Origin: Syntrophales bacterium
GTDB taxonomy: Bacteria > Desulfobacterota > Syntrophia > Syntrophales > UBA2251
DNA: 64,000 nucleotides
Assembly (NCBI GenBank): GCA_035358035.1
Contig: DAOPOS010000001.1
Coordinates: 37,189 to 101,188, forward strand
Direction: 5' to 3'
Made by a program: the position numbers and the translations under genes. The notes under the pieces are model-generated. The model saw nothing but the letters and a program-made list of their open reading frames with translations. It made no database searches and had not been told where the DNA came from. Within the stretch, counting starts at the first letter, position 1. Each line of letters opens with the position of its first letter. Below, piece by piece: positions 1 to 9,407 of the stretch.

Positions 1-657
1 CCCGTCCTGAACATCCGGATCTTCCGCAGCAACCGCGCCTTCGCCTTTTCCAACCTCGCCGCGCTGATCAACTACAGCGCCACCTTCGCCGTCTCGTTCC
101 TGCTCAGCCTCTACCTGCAGTACATCCAGGGGTTCGCGCCGGTTCAGGCCGGTTTCATCCTCGTGGCCACCCCGGTCATCCAGGCGCTCCTCTCCCCGCT
201 GGCGGGGCGCCTCTCCGACCGGATCGCGCCCGGGATCCTCGCCTCGGGGGGCATGGCGGCCACGGTCGTCAGTCTCGTCATGTTCACGCGGCTCGACGCG
301 GCCACCGGGCTGCCGTATATCCTGACGGGACTCGTCATCCTGGGCGGCGGGTTTGCCTTCTTCTCCTCGCCGAACATGAACGCCATCATGAGCGCCGTCG
401 ACCGGAGGCAGTACGGCGTCGCCTCCGGCATCTCGGGCGCCATGCGCCTGATCGGGCAGATGATGAGCATGGGCATCGCGATGATCGCCTTCGCGATGAC
501 GATGGGGTGTACGCGCCTCTCCCCGGACTGCTACCCGCTCTTCCTGCGCGCGCTCACGATCATCTTCGCCATCCTGTCCGTCCTGTGCGTGGCCGGGATC
601 TTCGCCTCCCTCGCCCGCGGGCCGCGCGCCCGAACGGACGCGGCCGCGGGGCCATGA
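1..657 (+). CDS. MFS transporter, C-terminal part (5' end outside window)
   Basis: Frame 1 is open from base 1 and continuous with track ORF 163..657. The translation is a series of hydrophobic TM segments with an MFS-like loop (LSPLAGRLSDR). Confidence 0.8.
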   Translation, partial: PVLNIRIFRSNRAFAFSNLAALINYSATFAVSFLLSLYLQYIQGFAPVQAGFILVATPVIQALLSPLAGRLSDRIAPGILASGGMAATVVSLVMFTRLDAATGLPYILTGLVILGGGFAFFSSPNMNAIMSAVDRRQYGVASGISGAMRLIGQMMSMGIAMIAFAMTMGCTRLSPDCYPLFLRALTIIFAILSVLCVAGIFASLARGPRARTDAAAGP

Positions 658-684
658 TGCGGGCCGTGAACGGATCGCGGCCAT

Positions 685-715
685 AAAAAAGGGCGGAGTC
701 AATCAGACTCCGCCC
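685..715 (-). terminator. Intrinsic terminator for the minus-strand gene 742..1182 (possibly bidirectional)
   Basis: 10-bp perfect stem GGGCGGAGTC (691-700) / GACTCCGCCC (706-715) with a 5-nt loop. The A6 run at 685-690 reads as a T6 tail on the minus strand. It lies between two convergent genes. Confidence 0.7.
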
Positions 716-741
716 TTCCGACAGGCCTTGCCCCTTACGGT

Positions 742-1182
742 TCAGTCCCGTTTCCCCTTGCCGGGCCCCTTGGCTTTTCCGCCGCGCTGGCCCCGGTCGT
801 CGTCGCCCCGGTAACCGCCGTGCTTGCCGCCCTTGCGTCCGTGCCGCGCCTGGTATTCCGGCACATAGACGTTGTCGTACCACTGATTGCGCACGAAATA
901 GACGGGCCGATCACAGGCCTTGTAGTTGTGACAGTGCTTCTTCCAGTTTTTCTCCTGCCCGGGCGGAACATGCACATACACCGGGGGCGGCGGCGCCACA
1001 CCCACCGGAGCGGGAGCGATCACGACGGGCCTGGGGAAGATGATCTCAGGCGTGGGAAAGTTTCCCACATCGATACGGCCGTAAAAGCCCGGCTGGCCGA
1101 TGGTGACCGAGACGCCGACGTCGGCCGCCTGGGCCGAAATGGCAAAAAAGATCGTTACGATCACGAAGAGCATCTTTTTCAT
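742..1182 (-). CDS. Small secreted protein of unknown function (signal peptide, Pro-rich middle, Gly/Lys/Arg-rich tail)
   Basis: Track ORF 742..1215. The internal start MKKMLFVIVTIFFAISAQA is preceded by GGGAGGAAAAGGAAC and has a signal-peptide-like N-terminus. No family recognised. Confidence 0.65.
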   Translation of the reverse strand: MKKMLFVIVTIFFAISAQAADVGVSVTIGQPGFYGRIDVGNFPTPEIIFPRPVVIAPAPVGVAPPPPVYVHVPPGQEKNWKKHCHNYKACDRPVYFVRNQWYDNVYVPEYQARHGRKGGKHGGYRGDDDRGQRGGKAKGPGKGKRD

Positions 1183-1282
1183 GTTCCTTTTCCTCCCTTC
1201 CATTGTCTTACGCACAGGTCTCTCAGGCTTCGGCGAACGGCCGGTCAGCCGCCGCCGCCCGCTCCGCGGGCGCCCCTGCCCG

Positions 1283-1304
1283 ACACGATCCCGCGGGATC
1301 GTGT
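1283..1304. promoter_or_regulatory. Perfect 22-bp palindrome ACACGATCCCGCGGGATCGTGT in a divergent intergenic region
   Basis: Read directly: the sequence equals its own reverse complement. It lies between divergent starts at 1182 (-) and 1552 (+). Confidence 0.4.
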
Positions 1305-1378
1305 GTCAAGGGTTCTCTCATCCACCGCCCGATGTCAAGCGCGATTTCCGTCAAGGTGAGGAATATCACCCGGTATAG

Positions 1379-1392
1379 GTGACAACCGTCAC
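1379..1392. promoter_or_regulatory. Crp/Fnr-type inverted repeat GTGAC-AACC-GTCAC
   Basis: 5-bp arms with a 4-bp spacer, the same TGAC-N4-GTCA core as the box at 62314. It lies about 160 nt upstream of the 1552 start. Confidence 0.3.
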
Positions 1393-1551
1393 ACACGTTG
1401 AGATTTTCGCGGCGATGCGGGTCGAGCGGCTTTTCAGGCCGGGTCGCGTCCGCCACGAATCATTTGCATGCAACAGGCGGATTGGTATAAGGAAGGGCAG
1501 GTCCAGGTGTCGGCGGGAGCGACCCCGGAACCCCGGATGCGGAGACGGATC

Positions 1552-3234
1552 ATGACTGGATACGGAAAACGATGGCTGGGCCTGCTGATGGCGCTTTTCA
1601 TCCTCCTGCCCGGCGCGGCCCGAGCGGCCGACGACGCCCTCGACACGGCCGTGGCCCTGAACTACTGCCACATGTCGCTGTACCGGATCACGGCCTTCAA
1701 CGACCGGGTCGTCCTCGACGAGGAGTACGGCGAGATCATCAACAACATCAATCTCTCCAGGATCCGCGACGAGGAGATCATCAACCTGCTGAAGACCCTG
1801 ATGGACACCATTTCCGACTTCAAACTGAAGGAGGGGGACCGGGACTTCCTCGTTCAGGAGTACGAACACCAGGTCCGCCGGGCCCTCTACACGTCCTTCT
1901 CCGACGTGAAGGACGCCGTCGCGGGGTCGACCACCCCGTACATGGCGGCGGCCAAGGTCCTGATCAAGGTGGGCAGCCTCTACTCGAACTACCGCAACAA
2001 TATGGCCGCCTACCGGCGCACCCTCGACAAGTCCGTCTGGGAACTCGACAAGAAGGCGATCGTCCGGGTCAACGACGCCCGGAAGAATTTTCTCGCGGCC
2101 TACTGGCGGCTGATGAAGAAATACGACATTCCCGACGAATGGCGGCTGACGGAGCGGCAGATGGAGCAGCTCACCGAGGCCCTCAAGGACGAGGACGGGG
2201 CGCGGCGGCTGCGGAAGCTCGTGCGGATGGAGGCGGCCTTTGCCGCCTATCCGCCCTTCTGGTATTTTCTCGGGCAGGCCGCGCAGGCCGAAGGGCAGGC
2301 CGAGGCGGCGCGCCAGGCCTACGACCGGTTCATGCGGACGCAGAAGGGATTCTTCCGGGAGGACGGCTTCGCCTCTTCCGTCCTCATGCACCGGATCGAA
2401 CTGTTGGACCCCGACCGGGACGCCGGCGAAATCGCGGACAACCTCGCTGCCATGATCAAGGAAAGCCCCCAGGACGTCCGGAAAAACCTCTTCGCCGCCC
2501 TGTGGTATCTGAAACTCGGCCGTTACGACGAGGCCCGGGAGCGGCTGCTGGTCAACATCGACAACAACCGCAACCTGGCCATGAGCCGGGTTCTCCTGGC
2601 CGACGTCTACGCCCGCAAGCTCGACCGCGAGCGGCTCGTCTCACTCATCGACGAGATGCTGCGCCAGGACGCGGTCCGCAACCAGGATGTCATCGCCGTC
2701 ATCGGACGCCTGCCGGAGGCGCAGATGCTCGCCCGGATGAAGGACCCGATCGCCGGCATCTACGTCAGCTTCGCCGCCCGGCCCTTGAAGAAGGACACCC
2801 TGATCCTGACCGTGCCGGACCGGTGGGTCATCGACGATCCGGAGCATTTCCGGGTGGCCCTCGACTTCCGTGGACGGACGGTCGCCCCCGGCCGGGTCAC
2901 GTCGGACAGGGCGCGACGGCTGGTGAGCTATCACTTCGACGAGGCCGTCGATCTCGACGCCTTCATCAAGCAGGGGAAGCCGGAGACCGTGTCCTTCACG
3001 CTGGTCCATCCCTCCGGGCCCGTCACGCTGGTCGGCGAAATGGCCGTCGTCTCCGTCGCCCACGAGAAGGGGCTTCTGAAGAAAGGGCTCGATACGACCG
3101 CCGGCCTTCTCGGTCGGGGAACGGGCGGGACGACGGAACGGGAGGCGGCCGTCGGCTTCGGCAAGCGTCTGCTCAAGACCCAGACGCGCTGCTGGCGGAT
3201 CGTCGCGGACGACCGCTTCGAGCCCTGTCCCTGA
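1552..3234 (+). CDS. Secreted, mostly helical (TPR-like?) protein of unknown function
   Basis: Track ORF 1468..3234. The start at MTGYGKRWLGLLMALFILLPGAARA is preceded by GGAGA with a 6-nt spacer, and a signal peptide is present. No family recognised. Confidence 0.7.
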   Translation: MTGYGKRWLGLLMALFILLPGAARAADDALDTAVALNYCHMSLYRITAFNDRVVLDEEYGEIINNINLSRIRDEEIINLLKTLMDTISDFKLKEGDRDFLVQEYEHQVRRALYTSFSDVKDAVAGSTTPYMAAAKVLIKVGSLYSNYRNNMAAYRRTLDKSVWELDKKAIVRVNDARKNFLAAYWRLMKKYDIPDEWRLTERQMEQLTEALKDEDGARRLRKLVRMEAAFAAYPPFWYFLGQAAQAEGQAEAARQAYDRFMRTQKGFFREDGFASSVLMHRIELLDPDRDAGEIADNLAAMIKESPQDVRKNLFAALWYLKLGRYDEARERLLVNIDNNRNLAMSRVLLADVYARKLDRERLVSLIDEMLRQDAVRNQDVIAVIGRLPEAQMLARMKDPIAGIYVSFAARPLKKDTLILTVPDRWVIDDPEHFRVALDFRGRTVAPGRVTSDRARRLVSYHFDEAVDLDAFIKQGKPETVSFTLVHPSGPVTLVGEMAVVSVAHEKGLLKKGLDTTAGLLGRGTGGTTEREAAVGFGKRLLKTQTRCWRIVADDRFEPCP

Positions 3235-3254
3235 AACGGGAGGAAGCCCGCATC

Positions 3255-4736
3255 ATGGAAATACGGCTGGCCGGCTACAACCTGGATTGCGACATCATCG
3301 ATGCGTGCAAAAAGCGCTTTGGCGACCGGGAAGACTGGACGCCGGAGACGATCTCCGCCGCCTACGCGCGGATCAGCCGCAGCCCGAAGACGGTGACCGA
3401 GCTGCGCGCCGACGCGCGCGCGGAGGTGGCGAAGGCCCGGCGCTCGAACGAAAGCATCGTCTTTGCGATGGGACACAGTTCCGTCGCCGAGCACGCCGTC
3501 TTCAACCTCGACTGCCTCGGCGTCTCGCGGCTCCTGGTCGAGGAGATCGAACGCTTCCGCCTGTGCTCCTACACGGAGAAATCCCAGCGCTACGTCCTGT
3601 TCCGGGACGACTTCGTTCTCCCGGAGGAGGTCCGGCGGGCGGGCCTCGCGGATGCCTTCACGGAGACGATCCGGGCGCAGTACGCCTGTTACCACGCGCT
3701 CTACGAGAAGCTGCGGCCGCATGTTTTCGCGCAACACCCGGACCTCGCCGCCGGGCCGGCCAACCGCGCCCTGCTCGAAGGCTGGGCAAAGGAGGACGCC
3801 CGCTACATCATCGCCCTGGCCACCGAAACCCAGCTCGGCATGACGCTCAACGCCCGCAACCTGGAGCTGATGCTCCGCCGGCTCGCCGCCCATCCCCTGC
3901 TCGAGGCGCAGGCGTGCAGCCGCGCGATGTACGCGTCGACCCAGGCCGTCGCTCCGTCGCTCATCCGCTATACCGAACCCATGGCGTACGATACGCGGAC
4001 CGGAACGGCCCTGCGGGAGGCCTGCGCGGCCTGGCTGGCCGAACACGGGGAGCCGGACGCCCCGGCCGATCGGGAGGCCGGCGTCCCTCCGGTGCGCCTG
4101 GTCCACGTCACCCCGGAGGCCGACGACCGGATCGCCGCCGCGCTCGTGCATGGGGCCTCCGCCCTTTCCCTCGACGCCTGCCGGCGCGCCGTCGCCGCGA
4201 TGCCGCCCGCGGCCAGGGCCGATCTCTTCCGGGCCGCCTTCCGCCACCTGGCATCCCACGACGCCGTCCGGCGGGAATTCGAATACGCCGATCTGACGTA
4301 CGAGCTGACGATGAGCGCCTCCTGCTACGCGCAGTGGAAGCGCCACCGGATGGCCACGATCACCGTCCAGGGCTACGACCCGGACCTCGGCGTCACGGTC
4401 CCGCCGGCGATCCGCGCGGTCGGAATGGAGCAGGCCTTTCTCGACGTCGTCGGACGGACGGAGGAGACGTACGAAACGATCCGCCGGGCGGCGCCGGAGG
4501 CGGCGCCCTATCTCCTGACGAACGCCCACCGGCGGCGGGTCCTGACGAAACTCAACGTCCGCGAACTCTACCACGTGGCGCGCCTCCGGGCCGACCGCCA
4601 CGCCCAGTGGGACATCCGGACGCTGACGGAGGCCATGCTCGATCTCGCCCGGGAGGCGATGCCCCTCGCCCTGATGCTCGCCGCGGGCAAGGACCGCTTT
4701 GCCGAACGGAGGGCCGAGGCCTTCGGCGAGCGCTGA
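3255..4736 (+). CDS. thyX: FAD-dependent thymidylate synthase-like protein with two tandem ThyX domains
   Basis: This is the 3' part of track ORF 1572..4736, starting at MEIRLAGYNL after GGGAGGAAG. Domain 1 reads HSSVAEHAVF..ERFRLCSYTEKSQRY and domain 2 reads YAQWKRHRMATITVQGY; both are ThyX-like signatures. Confidence 0.75.
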   Translation: MEIRLAGYNLDCDIIDACKKRFGDREDWTPETISAAYARISRSPKTVTELRADARAEVAKARRSNESIVFAMGHSSVAEHAVFNLDCLGVSRLLVEEIERFRLCSYTEKSQRYVLFRDDFVLPEEVRRAGLADAFTETIRAQYACYHALYEKLRPHVFAQHPDLAAGPANRALLEGWAKEDARYIIALATETQLGMTLNARNLELMLRRLAAHPLLEAQACSRAMYASTQAVAPSLIRYTEPMAYDTRTGTALREACAAWLAEHGEPDAPADREAGVPPVRLVHVTPEADDRIAAALVHGASALSLDACRRAVAAMPPAARADLFRAAFRHLASHDAVRREFEYADLTYELTMSASCYAQWKRHRMATITVQGYDPDLGVTVPPAIRAVGMEQAFLDVVGRTEETYETIRRAAPEAAPYLLTNAHRRRVLTKLNVRELYHVARLRADRHAQWDIRTLTEAMLDLAREAMPLALMLAAGKDRFAERRAEAFGER

Positions 4737-4824
4737 AGGCGCCCGTCCGACAGGCCCGCCAGGAAAGAAAGGCCGGCTTCCGGCCCGGGCGAAGGCGCCC
4801 ACGTGGACGACAAGGAGGATGACG

Positions 4825-5997
4825 ATGCCGATCGAGATCACGCCCGTCACGGCGAAACCCGCGCGCGATGAGCTGGAGCGCCGGATGGATCGCGTCCGCA
4901 AGGCCATGGCGGCGCAGGCGCTGGATTGTTACATCTGCGCCAATACCGAGAACGTCTACTACCTCACGAATTTTGCCTACATCCCGTTCGAGCGGCCCTT
5001 CTTTCTCGTCATCCCGGCGGCGGGCCGGCCCGTCCTGGTCGCCCCCAAACTGGAGGTCAGCCACGCGGAGGACCGGGTGCTCGTCGATGTCGCCTATCGC
5101 ACCTACGACGAATTCCCCGCCCCGCCGGGCCGAACCTTCGTGGACGCCCTGAAGAAACTCGTCCCCGCCGACCGCGTCGTCGGGATCGAATCGTCCCTGA
5201 GCCTCGCCCTGAAGGAGGCCCTGCCGGGAAAGCTCCGGGTCCTGGACCTGGTCGACAACCTCCGCATGGTCAAGAGCGCCTATGAAATCGGCCGCATCGC
5301 CTACGCTGCCTCCGTGGTGGACTCCGGCCTGAAGACGACCCTCGATCTCGCCCGGCCCGGCGTCCAGCAGCTCACGATCTATACGGAAGGGACCCGGGCC
5401 ATGCTGGGACGCGTCCTCATTGAGATCCCGAACCCCAACCTCCTCGTCACGAAGGCGATCTGCGCCGTGTGGCCGAAGGCGCTCTCCGCCCAGCCGCATT
5501 CAACGCCGGGCCTGTTCGACGCCTTTACGGCCGGCGGTCCCAACGTGGTCATCGTGACGATCCAGGCGGACGGCTACTCGGCCGAGGTCGAGCGCACCTT
5601 CTTCATGGGGACGGTCCCCGACGCCGCCCGCGCCCCCTATGCGGCCATGATGGAGGCCCGGGCGCTGGCCTTCGCGCGGATCCGGCCGGGCGTTCGCGCC
5701 GACACGGTGGACGAGGCGGTCCTGGCCCTCATCCGGAAGCACGGCTACGGTGAAAACATCCTCCACCGGACGGGCCACGGCTTCGGCATCACCGGCCACG
5801 AGCCGCCGTGGGTCGCCCTGGGCAGCGACACCGTGTTCGAGCCGAACATGGTCGTCAGCGTCGAGCCGGGGATCTACCTCCCGGGATTGGGCGGGTTCCG
5901 GCACTCCGACACCGTCCTCGTAACGGAGGACGGGTGCGTCCCCCTGACCGCCTGGCCGGACCGGCTGGAGGACCTGATCCTGCCGGGGAAAACATAG
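4825..5997 (+). CDS. M24-family metallopeptidase (Xaa-Pro aminopeptidase/creatinase-like)
   Basis: Track ORF 4699..5997, with ATG 6 nt after AAGGAGG. A C-terminal pita-bread motif (HRTGHGFGITGHEPP .. VSVEPGIY) is present. Confidence 0.8.
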   Translation: MPIEITPVTAKPARDELERRMDRVRKAMAAQALDCYICANTENVYYLTNFAYIPFERPFFLVIPAAGRPVLVAPKLEVSHAEDRVLVDVAYRTYDEFPAPPGRTFVDALKKLVPADRVVGIESSLSLALKEALPGKLRVLDLVDNLRMVKSAYEIGRIAYAASVVDSGLKTTLDLARPGVQQLTIYTEGTRAMLGRVLIEIPNPNLLVTKAICAVWPKALSAQPHSTPGLFDAFTAGGPNVVIVTIQADGYSAEVERTFFMGTVPDAARAPYAAMMEARALAFARIRPGVRADTVDEAVLALIRKHGYGENILHRTGHGFGITGHEPPWVALGSDTVFEPNMVVSVEPGIYLPGLGGFRHSDTVLVTEDGCVPLTAWPDRLEDLILPGKT

Positions 5998-6047
5998 GGT
6001 ACGGCCCGCGCGGGAAAGGTTCTCTTGCAACAGAAAGGAAATGACGG

Positions 6048-6278
6048 ATGAAAAGAAAAAAAGACCGGGACATCGAGAAGGGCTATCCGACGGCCGCGTT
6101 CGTCGCCAAACTCCGCCGGCTGGCCGACGCCCTGGAGAAGGGCGAGCGATTCGCGATCCAGATCGCGGGGGAGCGCATCCTTGTGCCGACGGATGCCATG
6201 TACACGATCGAGCACGAGCGCGAGGGCGGCGCGGAAGAGGTCGAATTCCAGATCACCTGGACCCGCAAGGGCCGCTGA
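6048..6278 (+). CDS. Small amphi-Trp-domain-like protein
   Basis: 76 aa with LRRLADALEKGE..EVEFQITW, resembling amphi-Trp domain proteins from memory. Not verified. Confidence 0.45.
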   Translation: MKRKKDRDIEKGYPTAAFVAKLRRLADALEKGERFAIQIAGERILVPTDAMYTIEHEREGGAEEVEFQITWTRKGR

Positions 6279-6361
6279 ACAGGTTGTGCGGAAAGGGCCG
6301 CATCCGGGGAAACCCGGACGGGCCGATCCTCATCCATCCAGAACACGTTTGGAGGTGAAAC

Positions 6362-6880
6362 ATGGTCAAATTGTGGAGATGCGAAATCTGCGGCGATGCT
6401 TATATCGGCGAGACCCCCCCGACACACTGTCCGTTCTGCGGGGCCCATCAGGCGTTCATCAAAGAGGCCCGGGAGGCCGTCGTCACCTTCGAGGTTCCCC
6501 TCACGGAAAAAGACAGGGCCAACGCTGAACGCGCCCTTCAGGTCGAGGTGAGCAACGCGACGTTCTACGCCTGCGCGGCGGAAAAAACGGATGACGCGGA
6601 GGGTAAGCTGTTGTTCAAGGCCCTGGGGAAAATCGAGGCCGAGCATGCGGCCGTCTGGAGAAAAGTCCTGCGCCTTCCCAAGACGCCGGCGGGAAACGAA
6701 ACCTGCCATACGGAGAACGTCAAGAACCTCAACGAATCCCATGAGCGGGAAACCAGGGCCATCGCCTTCTATCAAAAGGCCGGCGACGAATCCGCTCACG
6801 AGAGGCTTCGACAGATCTTCGCGGCGCTGGTGGAAATCGAAACGGACCACCTGCATCTTTCGGAGGCGCGGCTGAAATAA
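6362..6880 (+). CDS. Reverse rubrerythrin (N-terminal rubredoxin-like Cys4 plus ferritin-like di-iron domain)
   Basis: WRCEICG..CPFCG at the N-terminus, followed by ExxH-type helices (EAEHAAVW, EIETDHL). Confidence 0.8.
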   Translation: MVKLWRCEICGDAYIGETPPTHCPFCGAHQAFIKEAREAVVTFEVPLTEKDRANAERALQVEVSNATFYACAAEKTDDAEGKLLFKALGKIEAEHAAVWRKVLRLPKTPAGNETCHTENVKNLNESHERETRAIAFYQKAGDESAHERLRQIFAALVEIETDHLHLSEARLK

Positions 6881-6960
6881 TCCCGGGGACGTGGCGCGCC
6901 TTGCATGCAAAAAGCCTCCGGCCTCCGCGCGCCTGACCGGCCGGACCCGTGGAGCGCTTG

Positions 6961-8160
6961 TCACGGCTCCCGCACAAACAGCAGGAGCCCCATCGCCGAC
7001 AGGCCGGCCAGGGCTGCGCCGAAGTAGAAGGGGGCGGCCGGGCCGACGGACTGCCAGAGCCAGCCGGCGATGAGGCTGGCCGGCAGGAGGGTCATGCCGA
7101 CAACGCCGTTATACACCCCAAAGGCCGTGCCGCGCTGTTCCTCGGGCACCAGGTCGCAGACCAGCGCCCGGTAGACGCCCTGCGTCATCCCGTAATAAAA
7201 CCCGTAGAAGGCAAAGAGCACCCAGATCATCCAGTCCCGGCCGGCGGCGGCGAAGCCGAGGTAGACCAGGGCATAGATGATCCAGCCCACGATGATGACC
7301 TTCTTCCTGCCCAGCCTGTCCGATAGGATCCCCGCCGGCATGGAGGACAGGGCATAGACCAGGTTGAACATGATCAGCATGATGCTGATGAGCAGCACGC
7401 TGTTGCCCAGGTTCTGCGCCCTGAGCACGATAAACGCATCGCTGGAATTGCCCAGCGTGAACAGGAACAGGAGGGCCACGAAGGCCATGAATCTTTTGTC
7501 GAGTCCCCTTTTCCCCGCGGACGACGGCGTCGCCTCGCAGGTTCCGCCCGGCTTCCGGGGAGGCTCCTTGATGAAGATAAAGAAGACGAGGGAGAGAAAG
7601 GCCGGAATGATGCCGACGACGATCATCCAGCGGTAGGTATCGAACTGCAGATTCACGACGTTCCGCTGCGTCAGGAAGACGATCCCCGCCGCCAGCATCA
7701 GTCCGAGAGCGGCGCCGGCGGTATCCATGGCCTTGTGAAATCCGTAGGCCTTGCCCCGGTTATCGTCATCCGCCGAGTCGCCGACGAGGGCGTCACGCGG
7801 CGCCGCACGGATGCCTTTGCCGACGCGCTCGGCAAACCGGATCGCCATGATGGGGCCCCAGGCGCCGGCGAAAAGCATAAAGGGTTTGGACAGGGTGGAC
7901 AGGGCGTAGCCGGCGAAGGCGAGGTGTTTCCGGTTGCCCAGTCTGTCGCTCAGCCAGCCGCTCAGAAGCTTGATTAGAGAGGCGGTGCTTTCCGCCACCC
8001 CCTCGATCAGGCCGATGACGACGGTGGCGGCGCCGACGACATTGGCCAAAAAAAGGGGCATGAGGGTGAAAATCAGCTCGCTGGAGACGTCGGTGAGGAA
8101 GCTGATGAGGCCGATCAGGATGATGTTGGGGGAGAGGCCGAGGCGTCTTTTGCCGTTCAT
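6961..8160 (-). CDS. MFS transporter
   Basis: 399 aa with roughly 12 hydrophobic segments and the MFS loop [11 protein letters not shown]. Confidence 0.85.
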   Translation of the reverse strand: MNGKRRLGLSPNIILIGLISFLTDVSSELIFTLMPLFLANVVGAATVVIGLIEGVAESTASLIKLLSGWLSDRLGNRKHLAFAGYALSTLSKPFMLFAGAWGPIMAIRFAERVGKGIRAAPRDALVGDSADDDNRGKAYGFHKAMDTAGAALGLMLAAGIVFLTQRNVVNLQFDTYRWMIVVGIIPAFLSLVFFIFIKEPPRKPGGTCEATPSSAGKRGLDKRFMAFVALLFLFTLGNSSDAFIVLRAQNLGNSVLLISIMLIMFNLVYALSSMPAGILSDRLGRKKVIIVGWIIYALVYLGFAAAGRDWMIWVLFAFYGFYYGMTQGVYRALVCDLVPEEQRGTAFGVYNGVVGMTLLPASLIAGWLWQSVGPAAPFYFGAALAGLSAMGLLLFVREP

Positions 8161-8588
8161 TCAAATTCCCTTTCCCCGATGATCTTGACGAGCACCCGCT
8201 TGCGGCGGCGGCCGTCGAATTCGCCGTAAAAGATCTGCTCCCACGGGCCGAAATCGAGGCGTCCGTTCGTGACGGCGACGACGACCTCGCGGCCCATGAC
8301 CTGCCTTTTGAGGTGGGCGTCGCCGTTGTCCTCGCCCGTGCGGTTGTGGCGATAGCGGCTCACCGGCTCGTGCGGGGCGAGCCCCTCCAGCCACTGCTCG
8401 TAGTCCTGATGGAGCCCCGGCTCGTCGTCGTTGATGAAGACCGATGCCGTGATGTGCATTGCGTTGACGAGGCAGAGTCCTTCGACGATCCCGCTCTCCT
8501 TCAGGCACGCGTCCACCTCGGTCGTGATGTTCACGAACCCGCGCCTCGCGGGAAGCTGAAACCAGAGCTCCTTGCGGTACGACTTCAT
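8157..8588 (-). CDS. YjbQ/UPF0047 family protein (secondary thiamine-phosphate synthase-like)
   Basis: [25 protein letters not shown] .. [15 protein letters not shown] .. DAHLK is typical of YjbQ. Its stop overlaps the MFS start (ATGA at 8157-8160). Confidence 0.8.
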   Translation of the reverse strand: MKSYRKELWFQLPARRGFVNITTEVDACLKESGIVEGLCLVNAMHITASVFINDDEPGLHQDYEQWLEGLAPHEPVSRYRHNRTGEDNGDAHLKRQVMGREVVVAVTNGRLDFGPWEQIFYGEFDGRRRKRVLVKIIGEREFE

Positions 8589-8783
8589 GATCGACACCTC
8601 CAAGACCTGAACAGGCCTGCTGCAACCCGACCCGCACGGGCAAATCGATCGACCGGGCCTCCGGGAACGGCGATTCCGGGCGCGGGCCGCCGGTCATCCC
8701 GCCGAACGCCACCCGTCTTCCCCCCGTGCGGACCCGGGATGTCCGCATCCGCCGGAATCACACGGGCCGCGGCTCCCCGCGCC

Positions 8784-9407
8784 TCAGGACAGGAGGAACC
8801 CGATCGGAACGAGGATGAGCCACCGGAAGAAGCGGATGAGCGGGTTCAGGGCCCCCACGAACAAGAGCCCGATGATGATGAAGAAGCCGTAGGGCTCCAG
8901 CCTTGCCAGGGCGTCGTGCCACCGGTCCGGCAGGAAGCCCATGAGGATCTTCGAGCCGTCGAGCGGCGGGATGGGGATCAGGTTGAAGGCGGCGAGGATG
9001 ATGTTGATCTGCGCCAGGTAGGAGAGGAAGATGCCGACCGAGCCCTGCGGCGCGGGCGCGAGCCACTTGAGCAGCAGAACGGCGAGAAAGGCGAAAATCA
9101 TGTTGGCGACGATGCCGGCCGACGAGACGAGCACGAGTCCCCGGCGGTAATCGCGGACGTAGCCCAGGTTGACCGGCACCGGGCGCGCCCAGCCGAACCC
9201 GACGATGAAGAGCATGATCGTGCCGATCGGGTCGAGATGGCTCAGGGGGTTCAGGGTCAGCCGCCCCGCGTTTTTGGCCGTCGGATCGCCCATACGCAGG
9301 GCGACCCAGCCGTGGGCCAGCTCGTGGATGATGATGGAGTACAGGAGCGGTATCGCCAAAAGGACGAATGTCAGCGGATCGTCGATGAGCAGTTTGAGCA
9401 GTCCCAC
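8784..9407 (-). CDS. Site-2 protease family (M50) membrane metalloprotease
   Basis: HELAHGW (HExxH) in TM1 and NLIPIPPLDG downstream. The apparent start is GTG. Confidence 0.85.
   Translation of the reverse strand: MGLLKLLIDDPLTFVLLAIPLLYSIIIHELAHGWVALRMGDPTAKNAGRLTLNPLSHLDPIGTIMLFIVGFGWARPVPVNLGYVRDYRRGLVLVSSAGIVANMIFAFLAVLLLKWLAPAPQGSVGIFLSYLAQINIILAAFNLIPIPPLDGSKILMGFLPDRWHDALARLEPYGFFIIIGLLFVGALNPLIRFFRWLILVPIGFLLS

Noticed and set aside
1572-3254. The N-terminal ~560 codons of the 1054-aa track ORF 1572..4736, in frame with the ThyX gene
   Set aside because: The translation is Arg/Pro/Gly-rich low-complexity sequence typical of off-frame GC-rich DNA. It overlaps the much more protein-like 1552..3234 ORF in another frame. 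The ThyX homology begins only at the ATG at 3255, which has its own SD.
2931-4907. 658-aa minus-strand ORF antisense to the ThyX gene. Similar long antisense or off-frame ORFs occur at 1366..2391, 11535..13262, 15075..16706, 16845..18275, 19011..20276, 20626..21942, 24134..26512, 29001..30452, 42629..44395, 46826..50503, 51646..53499 and 57798..59135
   Set aside because: These are GC-driven stop-free frames. Their translations are Arg/Gly/Pro/Ala-rich without motifs, and each overlaps a confidently recognised gene on the other strand or frame.
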